This document shows positions 62,545 through 64,000 of a DNA stretch of 64,000 nt, piece after piece. The position numbers and the translations under genes were made by a program. Source of the DNA: Macrostomum lignano (lineage: Eukaryota); contig NIVC01000920.1 of the NCBI GenBank assembly GCA_002269645.1, forward strand, positions 1 to 64,000. Direction: 5' to 3'. Position 1 is the first letter of the stretch. Every line of letters begins with the position of its first letter. The notes under the pieces were generated by a model that saw only the letters and a list, made by a program, of their open reading frames with translations, had not been told where the DNA came from and ran no database searches.

Positions 62545-63370
62545 CTCTGAATCTGCTTCAACAGTTCTTCAAATCTGCTTCAACAGTTCTTGGAATCTGC
62601 TTATACAGTTCTTGGAATCTGCTTCAACAGTTCTTGGAATCTGCTTCAACAGTTCTTGGAATCTGCTTCAACAGTTCTTGGAATCTGCCTCTGAAGTTCT
62701 TGGAATCTGCCTCTGAAGTTCTTGGAATCTGCCGCTACAGTTCTTGGAATCTGCCGCTACAGTTCTTGGAATCTGCCGCTACAGTTCTTGGAATCTGCCT
62801 CTGAAGTTCTTGGAATCTGCCGCTACAGTTCTCTGAATCTGCTACAGTTCTTGGAATCTGCCTCTGAAGTTCTTGGAATCTGCCTCTGAAGTTCTTGGAA
62901 TCTGCCTCTGAAGTTTTTGGAATCTGTCTCTGAAGTTCTTGGAATCTGCCTCTGAAGTTCTTGGAATCTGTCTCTGAAGTTCTTGGAATCTGCCTCTGAA
63001 GTTCTTGGAATCTGCCTCTGAAGTTCTTGGAATCTGCCGCTACAGTTCTTGGAATCTGCCTCTGAAGTTCTTGGAATCTGCCGCTACAGTTCTTGGAATC
63101 TGCCTCTGAAGTTCTTGGAATCTGCCTCTGAAGTTCTTGGAATCTGCCGCTACAGTTCTTGGAATCTGCCTCTGAAGTTCTTGGAATCTGCCGCTACAGT
63201 TCTTGGAATCTGCCGCTACAGTTCTTGGAATCTGCCGCTACAGTTCTCTGAATCTGCTTCAACAGTTCTTGGAATCTGCCTCTGCAGTTCTCTGAACCTG
63301 CCTCTCCAGTTCTCTGAACCTGCCTCTTCAGTTCTCTGAATTTGCCTCTTCAGTTCTCTGAACCTGCCTC
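62545..63370. repeat. 22-bp minisatellite (GTTCTTGGAATCTGCCTCTGAA / ..CCGCTACA)n
   Basis: About 37 copies, two variants. Confidence 0.93.
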
Positions 63371-64000
63371 TCCAATGATTACATTCAATTTACTTACCCC
63401 AGACTCTCAGAGCCGTCCCCAATTCCTCATCTGCCCCAACCCTTTACTCAAAACTTTGAGCACAACAACACAAAACTCATTTTAAGCTAAGCAGTGAAGC
63501 GAATCCCCAGGCCAAGTTTTGGCAGTTCTGTTTCCCCTTTTTAGCCAATTCTGAAAATCAATTTCTGTCAACGCTGGCGTCTGTCAGAAGAAAACAAAAA
63601 ACTGGCTGAGAAGTGAGTTTCGCCTACTGAGGAGAAATCTCCCTAAACAGGGGGCAGCAGCTGCTTGAAGACTCGGACAGGATTTCCCACCCCTCTTTCC
63701 CCCAGCAACAGATGTTCCCTGAGCGGCTACTCAACAGCCAAAAGGGACATCTCTAGATGGGAGTTCTTCCGCGCGATAAAATATGGGACATTGGGATAAT
63801 TCTCCCGTAGAAGAGGCGGCTCACGCCTCGGTGCAGACAGGCAATTGGATCGCTAATTGATTGGAAGCTTGGAAGACGAAATCAAATTGAAGGGAGAGAA
63901 TTTCTCTGGTGGGAAGATTTGCCTCACAGACTGGCCGCAGAGGAAGACAGAAGTCAAATCCCCAAATCCCACGGGTTCGGGGAAGGTCGGGTCTCTGGAC

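Overview
Eukaryotic (metazoan) genomic DNA with spliceosomal introns, GC-rich exons and an extreme load of tandem repeats. The organism is probably a macrostomid flatworm such as Macrostomum lignano (inferred from repeat style and a spliced-leader-like motif, not proven). Left to right: (1) a minus-strand Helentron/Helitron2-type rolling-circle transposon gene (AT-hook-like exon, OTU protease, Zn finger, HUH Rep, start of the helicase; heavily frameshifted), followed by a 2.43-kb tandem duplication and terminal-type hairpins; (2) a tRNA-derived SINE inside a (GAGTA)n tract; (3) the first exon of an agrin-like follistatin/Kazal gene (-); (4) an intronless linker histone H1 (+); (5) a complete 23-exon calcium-channel alpha2/delta gene (+, about 1201 aa); (6) a complete 9-exon prominin gene (-, about 847 aa); (7) a hAT MITE with an 8-bp TSD; (8) a LOA-clade non-LTR retrotransposon lacking the RT catalytic core; (9) the M1-M4 exons of a GRD-like Cys-loop receptor (-). 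Nearly every larger intron carries its own minisatellite, which explains most long low-complexity ORFs in the track. Best leads: an SL-like sequence head-to-head with a SINE in a prominin intron, a candidate HDV-like ribozyme at the LINE 5' end, inverted minisatellites bracketing the MIDAS exons beside a GC-AG intron, a Helentron head-to-tail junction, and an acidic 2' pore residue in the Cys-loop subunit. All exon models were built by hand from splice consensus, phase continuity and family motifs; no searches were run.
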